Part shown: in pieces, positions 35,610 to 43,359 of the stretch
Layout: each line of letters opens with the position of its first letter
Numbering within the stretch: the stretch's first letter is position 1
NCBI GenBank assembly: GCA_028715395.1
Contig: JAQURY010000003.1
Coordinates: 1 to 49,715, forward strand
Length of the DNA: 49,715 nt
Source: Minisyncoccota bacterium
GTDB taxonomy: Bacteria > Patescibacteriota > Minisyncoccia > UBA6257 > 02-FULL-45-10c
Direction: 5' to 3'
Translations under genes and position numbers: made by a program
The notes under the pieces: model-generated
The model's database searches: none
The model's input: only the letters and a program-made list of their open reading frames with translations
Told to the model about the DNA's origin: nothing

Positions 35610-37395
35610 TATCAGGAATTTTTGCATTATCGCCCACGTTGACCATGGCAAATCCACTTTAGCGGACCGGCTTTTGGAAATTACCGGCACAGTGGAAAAA
35701 AGAAAAATGAAAGAGCAATATCTGGACCAGTTGGAACTCGAAAGGGAGCGCGGCATAACCATTAAAATGACTCCGGTCAGAATGGATTATTCCTTTGGCG
35801 GCAAAGATTATGTCCTAAACTTGATTGATACTCCGGGGCACAGCGATTTTCAATATGAAGTTTCGCGGGCGCTGGAAGCCGTTGAGGGCGCGATTCTTTT
35901 GGTTGATGTGACGCAGGGAATTCAAGCGCAGACATTGGCGAATTTTCACAACGCGAAAAAAGCCGGGTTGAAAATTATCGGCGCGGTCAATAAGGTGGAT
36001 TTGAATATTTCCGGAATTGAGGAAATTATAAAAAACACGGCGGAATTAATCGGCGTCTCCGAAGAAGAAATTTTCAGGGTTTCGGGAAAAAGCGGAGCTG
36101 GCGTAAAAGAATTATTGGAAGCGGTAATCGAACAGGTTCCTCCGCCCGACAGCGGACCGAATGAAAATATATTTCAGGCGCTGGTGTTTGATTCTTTTTA
36201 TCACGAGCACAAAGGAATTGTCGCGGAGGTCCGGGTATTCGGCGGAGAAATTAAAGAATATGAAGAGGCGATGTTTATCGCTTCCGGCGCGAAATTTAAA
36301 ATAAAAGAACTGGGGCATTTTTCTCCCGAGCTGAAAGTCGATAAAACAATAGGAAACGGGCAGATAGGATATATTGCTACCGGATTAAAAAATCCGGAAG
36401 TCCTGAAAATCGGCGACACTGTTACATCTGTTAAAGATTTTGACAAGAATCTCGCCTTGCCCGGATACAAAGACGCCCAGCCGGTGGTTTTCGTTTCATT
36501 TTATCCGGAAGAAGCCGACAATTATGAAACATTAAAAAGCGCCATGGAAAAATTGCGGCTAAACGACTGGGCGCTGAAGTTTGAGCCGGACACGAATGAA
36601 TTTTTGGGCAGAGGCGTTAAGGCCGGATTTTTGGGAAGATTGCATTTTGAAATTACCGCCGAGCGTCTGGAAAAAGAATTTAACATCAGAACGGTCCATA
36701 GCTTCCCGTCGGTTTCTTATAAAGTTAAATTAAGAAATGGAAATTGGGTTTTGATTACCAATCCGAAAGAATTTCCCGATGATTATTTGGAGGTAATGGA
36801 GCCGATTGCCAAGGCGGAAATTTTAGTGCCGTCGCAATACTTGGGCGCAGTGATGAGCCTGCAGAACGTTTTTTATCTGAGAGATTTAACCACTCAATCC
36901 ATCGGCAAAACGGTTTTAATTTCCGCGTCTTTGCCGCTGGCGGATTTAATCAGGGATTTTGACGACAGGTTGAAATCCGTTTCCGCCGGTTACGCGTCTT
37001 TGAGCTATGAAATCTCCGATTTCAAAAAAGCTGAAGTTGCCAAGCTGGGGGTTTTGGTTGCCGAACATGATGTCGGCGGTCTGACGAGAATTGTTCACAG
37101 AGAGGATGTGGAACGGGAAGCGAGAAAAACGGTTGAACGATTGAAAGATCTTTTGCCGAAGCAGCAATTTTCCCAGGCCATTCAGGCGGTCAGCGACGGA
37201 AGAATTATCGCCAGAGAGACGATTCCGGCGATGAAAAAAATACTTGGGAATTTCGGAAAAACCGGCGGTGACGTGACTAGAAAAATGAAGCTTTGGAAAA
37301 AGCAGAAGAGGGGCAAAGAAAGGCTTGAGGAGAGGGGCACTAAAACTAAAATTGATATTCCGGCAAGAGTTTTCAAAGAACTCCTCAAAAAATAA
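35602..37395 (+). CDS. lepA: elongation factor 4
   Basis: IAHVDHGKSTLADRLL, DTPGHSDF and NKVD, with a LepA-type C-terminal region. Confidence 0.92.
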   Translation: MNNIRNFCIIAHVDHGKSTLADRLLEITGTVEKRKMKEQYLDQLELERERGITIKMTPVRMDYSFGGKDYVLNLIDTPGHSDFQYEVSRALEAVEGAILLVDVTQGIQAQTLANFHNAKKAGLKIIGAVNKVDLNISGIEEIIKNTAELIGVSEEEIFRVSGKSGAGVKELLEAVIEQVPPPDSGPNENIFQALVFDSFYHEHKGIVAEVRVFGGEIKEYEEAMFIASGAKFKIKELGHFSPELKVDKTIGNGQIGYIATGLKNPEVLKIGDTVTSVKDFDKNLALPGYKDAQPVVFVSFYPEEADNYETLKSAMEKLRLNDWALKFEPDTNEFLGRGVKAGFLGRLHFEITAERLEKEFNIRTVHSFPSVSYKVKLRNGNWVLITNPKEFPDDYLEVMEPIAKAEILVPSQYLGAVMSLQNVFYLRDLTTQSIGKTVLISASLPLADLIRDFDDRLKSVSAGYASLSYEISDFKKAEVAKLGVLVAEHDVGGLTRIVHREDVEREARKTVERLKDLLPKQQFSQAIQAVSDGRIIARETIPAMKKILGNFGKTGGDVTRKMKLWKKQKRGKERLEERGTKTKIDIPARVFKELLKK

Positions 37396-37416
37396 AAGCA
37401 GTGTTATTATAGAAAA

Positions 37417-37698
37417 ATGAGAGCTGTCGCGGTCATATTTGCAATCATTATTATAATCGCCGTAGGGGTGCAGATTTATCGCCTTTATATCCAGAATGCG
37501 GAACTTAGGGAAACCGCCTTAAGCCTCACAAAAGAAATCGAAGATATTTCAAAAGAAAACGCTTTATTGCAGGCGGACTTGGAATATTTTTCCAATCCGG
37601 AAAATCTTGAAAAAGAACTGAAAAGCGAATCCAATCTTAAAAATCCCGGCGAAAAATTAATTATTGTGCTGCCGCCGAAGGCCGCAACAACCCAATAA
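37417..37698 (+). CDS. septum formation initiator (FtsB/DivIC-like) protein
   Basis: 93 aa with an N-terminal TM helix followed by a coiled coil (LRETALSLTKEIEDISKENALLQADLEY). Confidence 0.6.
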   Translation: MRAVAVIFAIIIIIAVGVQIYRLYIQNAELRETALSLTKEIEDISKENALLQADLEYFSNPENLEKELKSESNLKNPGEKLIIVLPPKAATTQ

Positions 37699-37699
37699 A

Positions 37700-38263
37700 A
37701 TGAAATTTAAAAAAATTATCGCCATAACGGTAGTGGTTATTGCCGGAATCGGATTTCTGATAAGCCAGGGATATTATCCCGTTGCGATTGTCGGTTCCGA
37801 TATCATAAGCGCGGCAGCAGTTAAAAAGAACGGCGATGTGGCGTTGCGATATTTTCACGCGCTTAATACGATTAACGGTTCCAGCGAAGATTTAAATACG
37901 CCCGAAGTTTTGAAAGAAATAAAAAGAGGCATGATCAGCCAGCTGATAGAGGACAATATAATTTATGACAAAGCGAAAGAACTGGTCGGCAAAGATTTAT
38001 CGGGTATTGCCGATAAAAAAGTTAATGATGTTCTTAGCCAGGCTGGCGCGAAAGACATGGCGGAAGAAGTTTATGGAATAAGCCTCGGAGATTTTTCAAG
38101 ATATGTTTTATATCCGCAGGCGTACCGCGAGATAGTGGAAGACAGGATTTTTTTGGGCGGCGGAGATTTTAATGCATGGCTGTCCGAAGCGAAGAAAAAC
38201 TCAAAAGTTACTATTTTGCTTAGCAGTTTTGCCTGGAAAGACGGGGATGTTGCCTTAAAATAG
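37700..38263 (+). CDS. hypothetical membrane-anchored protein (possibly SurA N-terminal-like chaperone domain)
   Basis: The start is taken at MKFKKIIAITVVVIAGIGFLI; the N-terminal extension to 37664 is unlikely. Confidence 0.5.
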   Translation: MKFKKIIAITVVVIAGIGFLISQGYYPVAIVGSDIISAAAVKKNGDVALRYFHALNTINGSSEDLNTPEVLKEIKRGMISQLIEDNIIYDKAKELVGKDLSGIADKKVNDVLSQAGAKDMAEEVYGISLGDFSRYVLYPQAYREIVEDRIFLGGGDFNAWLSEAKKNSKVTILLSSFAWKDGDVALK

Positions 38264-38266
38264 TTT

Positions 38267-38337
38267 GCGGGATTAGTATAGTGGTAATATGCGACCTTCC
38301 CAAGGTCGAGAGGCGAGTTCGATTCTCGTATCCCGCT
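38267..38337 (+). tRNA. tRNA-Gly (CCC)
   Basis: Acceptor GCGGGAT/ATCCCGC, U73, anticodon arm CGACC-TTCCCAA-GGTCG. Confidence 0.9.
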
Positions 38338-38338
38338 C

Positions 38339-38410
38339 GCCAGCGTAGCTCAGTGGTAGAGCAGTCCCTTCGTAAGGGAAAGGTCGGGGGTTCAAGTCCC
38401 TTCGCTGGCT
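38339..38410 (+). tRNA. tRNA-Thr (CGU)
   Basis: Acceptor GCCAGCG/CGCTGGC, anticodon loop TTCGTAA, T-loop TTCAAGT. A 1-nt spacer separates it from tRNA-Gly. Confidence 0.85.
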
Positions 38411-38450
38411 CAAAATAAAAAACCGCCCCAAGCTTATTGAAGGACGGTTT

Positions 38451-38696
38451 TTATTTTTGAGGATTACTAAAATGGTTGAAGTGTCCGTGATTTTGGCAGT
38501 TCATGATTTTTTGCCTGATGTATTCGGCTTTAGCCATATGTTCGGCATAGCTCAGTTTGGAAACGGAAAATTTTCCATTTTTAAACTCGAATACAACATT
38601 GCATCTTTTGCAGCTATGCCAGGTTTTTTTCTGGCCTTGGTCCAGTGGCGGCAAAAGAATCATGTCTCCCATGCAGTTGGGACAAATCATTTTCAT
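38451..38696 (-). CDS. small zinc-ribbon protein
   Basis: CPNC...CKRC pairs. A GGAGGTG RBS is present; the true start may be ATG 38690 (MICPNC). Confidence 0.55.
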   Translation of the reverse strand: MKMICPNCMGDMILLPPLDQGQKKTWHSCKRCNVVFEFKNGKFSVSKLSYAEHMAKAEYIRQKIMNCQNHGHFNHFSNPQK

Positions 38697-38834
38697 CACC
38701 TCCTTTATTTTGGAAAAATTCTGATTAAACTTTAGCGATTTTTTCCGACATTGTCAAACTTTTTCTTTTATTGTATCGTATGAAAGCTAAATAATTTAGC
38801 GCAATTTTAAAAATTTAATATTGAAGGAGGGATT

Positions 38835-39287
38835 ATGGATGTGTTAACGGCAATGTGTGCCGGAGCATTGATAGCTTCGGGGCTGGGCGCGGCTTTTGCA
38901 AGAGAGCCGGCGGGACTGAGACGGACGTATCTCACGAGCTTCGTTGTGGTTTTGATTCTCGCGGTCTATTTGGCCGGCTTGGCGGAGGCAAAGAAATCGC
39001 GTTCTCTCGGCTGGTCCGAAGGCTATAATGCCGGCATGCAGGCGTCATACGGCAGGGTTGCGTCAATTAACGACATGGTCAAGGAAAAAGCTTTTCAGTC
39101 GCTTGTTGACGCCATGATTCCGGCGGGAGATTATTTCGTGGTCGCTGTGCGCGCGGAAAACCGCACAATCGAGGGATTGAAAAACGGATCCATTACGTTC
39201 GGCTTGAAAAAATGGGACCGTCTTGATTTTGAAATAGTCGATGCGCTGGATATCGTAAAACAGATTAAACGCGGAGAAAAATTATAA
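38835..39287 (+). CDS. hypothetical membrane protein, GC-rich ORF
   Basis: 150 aa with two predicted TM helices and an AGGAGGG RBS. Hand counts give 36-39 G+C per 60 nt in its 5' two-thirds. Confidence 0.55.
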   Translation: MDVLTAMCAGALIASGLGAAFAREPAGLRRTYLTSFVVVLILAVYLAGLAEAKKSRSLGWSEGYNAGMQASYGRVASINDMVKEKAFQSLVDAMIPAGDYFVVAVRAENRTIEGLKNGSITFGLKKWDRLDFEIVDALDIVKQIKRGEKL

Positions 39288-39294
39288 ATATATA

Positions 39295-39328
39295 AAAGCC
39301 CAAATCTTAACAGAGGAGGGCTTTTTTG
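39295..39328 (+). terminator. probable intrinsic terminator
   Basis: aaagccc...gggctttttt with a long loop. Confidence 0.5.
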
Positions 39329-39343
39329 TTCTATAATGAATAA

Positions 39344-39562
39344 ATGCGGATTACCATTAAAGTAAAACCGAACGCCAGGGAAACGAAAATCGAGCCGTTA
39401 GGCGGAAATGTTTATAAGGTTTCGGTGAAAGAGCCGCCGAAGGAAAGCCGGGCGAATTACGCCGTTCTTGAAGCGCTAGCGGAATATTTTGATGTAGGGA
39501 TATCGCACGTGCGGATTGTTTCTGGCCTGACCGCGAAAAATAAAATCGTGGAAATTATATAA
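39344..39562 (+). CDS. DUF167 (YggU) family protein
   Basis: IKVKPNARETKIE...VSVKEPPKESRANYAVLEALAEYF...VRIVSG. Confidence 0.75.
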   Translation: MRITIKVKPNARETKIEPLGGNVYKVSVKEPPKESRANYAVLEALAEYFDVGISHVRIVSGLTAKNKIVEII

Positions 39563-39569
39563 TTTTTAT

Positions 39570-40103
39570 ATGAGTATTTATTACACCGGCAAGGGAGACA
39601 AAGGAAAAAGTTTTGTGTGCCACCAAACGATGGCGAAAACTTCCGCGGGAATGGAGGCGATGGGCGAGTTGGACGAATTGAACAGCTTGATTGGCTTAAT
39701 AAGAAGCCAAAAAGCTCCGGCTGATTTTAAAAATATTCTTAAAGTGATTCAGGAAAATTTATTTTTAATCCAGGCAAGCGTAGCAAAAATAGTTTTTAGT
39801 TATAAGTTATCGGTTCCAAGACCAGATAAAGATATCGTCAAAAAAATGGAGAAAGTCATTGATTTATATTCAAAAAAAATAGGGCAGCAAAGAGGTTTTG
39901 TAATTTCCGGAGAAAATGAATTGTCGGCTTGGCTGGACTTTGCCCGCGCCGTTGCCAGAAGAGCCGAAAGAGGTGTTTTGAAATTAAAGAAAGTTGATCC
40001 GATTATTTTTGCTTATTTAAATAGGTTGTCTAGCTTGCTGTTCGTTTTGGCAAGGGTGGCTTCCAAGCGCGCAAATAAGAAAGAAAACAGCCCTCTATAT
40101 TAA
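39570..40103 (+). CDS. ATP:cob(I)alamin adenosyltransferase, PduO type
   Basis: N-terminal IYYTGKGDKGKS and a helical-bundle C-terminus (ARAVARRAER). Confidence 0.75.
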   Translation: MSIYYTGKGDKGKSFVCHQTMAKTSAGMEAMGELDELNSLIGLIRSQKAPADFKNILKVIQENLFLIQASVAKIVFSYKLSVPRPDKDIVKKMEKVIDLYSKKIGQQRGFVISGENELSAWLDFARAVARRAERGVLKLKKVDPIIFAYLNRLSSLLFVLARVASKRANKKENSPLY

Positions 40104-40138
40104 AAGTCACGGAAAACAAATTTGTCCGTTATAAATAA

Positions 40139-40693
40139 ATGATAGGCAACAAATCAGAGAAAAATCCGAAATTACTGATGGATTTGGCGAAAAAAGGCGA
40201 CAACAATGCCTTTGCGGAACTTTATGATATGTATTTCAAGCCGGTTTTTCGCTATATCTATTTGCGGTTGAAAAATAAAAGAGATTCGGAAGATTTGGCG
40301 CAAACGGTTTTTTTAAAATTTTATAAATCTGTTTCCGGTTTCCGCGAAAAGGGGAAATCGCCGCTTGCGTATTTTTTTACAATAGCCAGAAATTCAATTA
40401 TTGATTTTTGGAGAAAAAAGAAAGAAGTGAGATTGGAAGACGTGGAAGAGGCGATGGAACAAACGCCTGCCGCGGAAGACACTCAATCGGAGGTGTTGCG
40501 AGATGAGGCGGCGGGAGCAATAAACAAGACTTTGGAAAATCTGTCTGAAGAGCAGCAAGAAGTGATTATTTTGAAGTTTATGAACGAATTAACAAATAAG
40601 GAAATAGCCGGATTATTGGGAAAAAATGAAGAGGCCGTCAGGCAGCTTCAGTGCAGAGCCCTCAAATTATTAAAACAGCATTTAAAAAAATGA
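40139..40693 (+). CDS. ECF-type RNA polymerase sigma factor
   Basis: Region 2 (DSEDLAQTVFLKFY, IARNSIIDFWRKKK) and region 4 (LSEEQQEVIILKFMNELTNKEIAGLLGKNEEAVRQLQCRALKLLK). Confidence 0.88.
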   Translation: MIGNKSEKNPKLLMDLAKKGDNNAFAELYDMYFKPVFRYIYLRLKNKRDSEDLAQTVFLKFYKSVSGFREKGKSPLAYFFTIARNSIIDFWRKKKEVRLEDVEEAMEQTPAAEDTQSEVLRDEAAGAINKTLENLSEEQQEVIILKFMNELTNKEIAGLLGKNEEAVRQLQCRALKLLKQHLKK

Positions 40694-41256
40694 AAAACAA
40701 CAGCGAAAATATTTTAATGGAAGCGTTGAAGCTCCAAGAACAAGGCAGGTCCGTTCAGGAGATTTTGAATTTATATCCGGAAAACAAAAACGAATTGCAG
40801 GAGATGTTTGAAACCATTGATTTTTTAAATAAAGAAAAAAATAAAATAGAACCGTCAAAAGAAGTTTTAGAAAAAATTATAGATCAGATTTCTTCAGAAA
40901 AATATGTCACAAACGAAGAAATTAATCGTTGCTCATATCGTAAAGGTCGGTTAATTAATTTGAGCCAAATTCACAATATTATGAACTGGAAATTGATTGT
41001 TCCGATAGGGGTTGTGGCGGTACTCGCCGTATTCTTAATTTCACAGTACGGGGGGAGCGCGCCTCAATATGTCCAGAATATAATTTCGCCCGCAACACCG
41101 GCTGAAAAAATAGACGATGTTGTTGACAACATAATGGCGGAATTAGTTTCGGAAAACACGGTTTTTGCGGAAGAAGACGGAGATGCATTGCTTGTCCAGA
41201 TGGACAGTCAAGAACTTAGTGATTTTGGTCAATCCTACAATGAAAATGAATACTAA
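40690..41256 (+). CDS. putative anti-sigma factor (single-pass membrane protein)
   Basis: The ATG overlaps the sigma stop (ATGA). One TM helix (LIVPIGVVAVLAVFLISQY). The call rests on position. Confidence 0.55.
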   Translation: MKNNSENILMEALKLQEQGRSVQEILNLYPENKNELQEMFETIDFLNKEKNKIEPSKEVLEKIIDQISSEKYVTNEEINRCSYRKGRLINLSQIHNIMNWKLIVPIGVVAVLAVFLISQYGGSAPQYVQNIISPATPAEKIDDVVDNIMAELVSENTVFAEEDGDALLVQMDSQELSDFGQSYNENEY

Positions 41257-42064
41257 AAAAGTTTTAGCTTCTTTTGTCGGGATAGCATTTAGCGTTAATT
41301 TAATTTTACCGACAGCTGTTTTGGGAAAAATGTTGGGAGCTGGCAATGCCGCGACGGGAACGCCGAAGGCAACCAATAATTTTTGCACCAAAATAACTTC
41401 TGTTAAAACGGAATTAACCCAGCGCTTCACCGACCGTCTTGCGAAAATTAAGGACAAACAAACCGAAAAAGAAAATAAATTGAAAGAAAACAGGGAAAAC
41501 AGAGATAAAAAAATAGAAGCTAAACGTGAAAAAGCGGAAGAGAATAAGACGAACCAATTGTCAAAATTGGATTCGTACGCGAAAACTGATGTTCAGAAAC
41601 AAGCAGTAGTGGCGTTTCAGGCGGCGGTGAAGACCGCGATGGAGGTCCGCAAGACAGCAGTTAACGCGGCAATGAACGCTTTTCGCGCAGGGGTTGACCA
41701 GGCGGTTGCCAATAGAAAGGTGGCGGCTGATGCGGCAGTGGCGGCTCTGAATAATGCCAAAACTGCGGCGTTGGAAAAAGCCAAAACCGATTGTGCGGCC
41801 GGAGTTGCTCCGGAAACGGTTCGTCAAACAATGAACCAAAGCATAAAAGCGGCCCAAGAAAAATATAATGCCGACAAAAAAGCTTTGGAAAAAGTCAGCG
41901 CTTCGGTTCAAACTCTGGTTGATGCAAAAAAGCAGGCTATAGAGAAAGCTAACAGCGATTTCAAGGCGGCGATGGAAAAAGTCAGAGCAGATTTGAAAGC
42001 GGCTTTTGCTGAGAATGGAAAGGACAAAAACGCAACTACAACCCCCGAAACCGTATCCCAATAA
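41240..42064 (+). CDS. secreted Ala/Lys-rich coiled-coil protein
   Basis: Signal peptide MKMNTKKVLASFVGIAFSVNLILPTAVLG followed by a low-complexity helical region. Overlaps the upstream gene by 17 nt. Confidence 0.6.
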   Translation: MKMNTKKVLASFVGIAFSVNLILPTAVLGKMLGAGNAATGTPKATNNFCTKITSVKTELTQRFTDRLAKIKDKQTEKENKLKENRENRDKKIEAKREKAEENKTNQLSKLDSYAKTDVQKQAVVAFQAAVKTAMEVRKTAVNAAMNAFRAGVDQAVANRKVAADAAVAALNNAKTAALEKAKTDCAAGVAPETVRQTMNQSIKAAQEKYNADKKALEKVSASVQTLVDAKKQAIEKANSDFKAAMEKVRADLKAAFAENGKDKNATTTPETVSQ

Positions 42065-42075
42065 ATTCTTGAGAT

Positions 42076-42100
42076 AAAAAACCCCTTAAGGGGTTTTTTA
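42076..42100. terminator. bidirectional intrinsic terminator
   Basis: aaaaaacccc-ttaa-ggggtttttt. Confidence 0.8.
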
Positions 42101-42105
42101 TTTTG

Positions 42106-42176
42106 AGCGGGTAACGGGAGTCGGACCCGTGTCTTCAGGTTGGAAACCTAACATAATACCGTTATACGATACCCGC
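42106..42176 (-). tRNA. tRNA-Gly (UCC), T-loop with C at position 55
   Basis: Same acceptor, D-arm and T-stem as tRNA-Gly(GCC). Anticodon arm TTAGG-TTTCCAA-CCTGA. The T-loop is TCCGACT instead of TTCGACT. Confidence 0.85.
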
Positions 42177-42246
42177 CTACGCTGCGCTTCGGCGGGCAAG
42201 CCCGCCATTATCTTTAAACTTTTGCGGGGTAAGCTCGCCAGAGGCG
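42177..42246 (-). repeat. conserved 5' leader of tRNA-Gly, copy 2
   Basis: The first ~32 nt upstream of the tRNA differ from 14406-14437 at one position. Similarity continues for ~35 nt more with a few changes. Confidence 0.8.
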
Positions 42247-42297
42247 AACAAGTCCGCTACAGCTTTTATAACTATTTATATTATATAATAAAGTTAA

Positions 42298-42927
42298 ATG
42301 AAAATAGGTCAAGTTAAATACAAATTAGCGATTGGAGGAATAGCGGCTTTGTTCTTGGCGGGACTATGTATCGCTTATTTTATTTTCATAAATTTACAGG
42401 TAAAAATTGTTATTCCTGAAAATTTTGGGCAAGCCAGAACGGACGCCTCTATGACCGCCGCGGAAATTGTCGCTTTAACCGAAAAATCTTTAAATGTTCT
42501 GAACCAAATAAATAATGCGGACAGAAATTATGATTTTTCCAGAGCGCTTGATTTGGTTTACAGCGAACAAAGCCAAGTTAAAAAAATAAATCAAAAAACG
42601 ACGGAACTGAACGAACGGCTGGCCATAATGGCCAAATTTATAAGAGATATTAAGCCTCAGGAAGCCAGCGATGTCGCTTTTGCGGCCGTCAGCGAAGAGG
42701 TTTCTTTGATAAGTCATATGGTAAATTATGGCGCGTATTTTAATGCCTTGCTTGAAACTCTGGAATATAAATTTTCCGGAGATATCCGCTATGATTCATC
42801 GGATGTTCAGCTGCTTGTCGGAAATATGAATAAGGAGGTTAAAGAAATTAACAGCATAAACGAATCTTTTTCCATGAAAATGGCGGAATTCGACAAAATT
42901 ACGGAAGAAAAATTTAAAATCTTTTAA
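42298..42927 (+). CDS. hypothetical membrane-anchored protein
   Basis: 209 aa with an N-terminal TM helix (IAALFLAGLCIAYFIFI) and a helical ectodomain. Confidence 0.55.
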   Translation: MKIGQVKYKLAIGGIAALFLAGLCIAYFIFINLQVKIVIPENFGQARTDASMTAAEIVALTEKSLNVLNQINNADRNYDFSRALDLVYSEQSQVKKINQKTTELNERLAIMAKFIRDIKPQEASDVAFAAVSEEVSLISHMVNYGAYFNALLETLEYKFSGDIRYDSSDVQLLVGNMNKEVKEINSINESFSMKMAEFDKITEEKFKIF

Positions 42928-43003
42928 CGATAAAAATTATCAGAATATTAAAATACCCCTTTTAGCGGGGATATTTTATTGATAAGAATATTTAAAAGAA
43001 CAT

Positions 43004-43111
43004 TCGAAGCGCTGCGATTTGAACGCAGATCTCGCGCCTTGTAGGACGCGCGCACTGCTCCGGCCCGAGCCGGAACCCAACATAATGTCGGTCCTATTGT
43101 GCTACGCTCCG
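43004..43111 (-). ncRNA. atypical 108-nt tRNA-like gene (tRNA-Pro-like acceptor, ~36 extra nt)
   Basis: Acceptor CGGAGCG/CGCTTCG with A73 and a canonical T-arm CTGCG-TTCAAAT-CGCAG. D-stem GCAC pairs only with GTGC 44 nt downstream. There is no canonical 7-nt anticodon loop. Confidence 0.55.
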
Positions 43112-43158
43112 GATAACAAAAATTAAATCTAATATAAGAATATAGATTAGTCAATAAA

Positions 43159-43233
43159 TGGTGCCGCGGGAGTGAATCGAACACTCGACGCCAGCCTCTT
43201 CAGGGCTGCGCTCTACCACTGAGCTACCGCGGC
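43159..43233 (-). tRNA. tRNA-Phe (GAA), CCA encoded
   Basis: Acceptor GCCGCGG/CCGCGGC, A73, anticodon arm CAGCC-CTGAAGA-GGCTG. Confidence 0.9.
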
Positions 43234-43359
43234 ATTTTTAACTTTTTTATTATAATCAAAACCTTTAATTTCTTCAATAACTGTTATTATTCGGATAAAA
43301 GCGTTAATTGACTACAAGGCTTTGTCTGTTACAATTTAATTGTAATTTGCGGATTAAGC

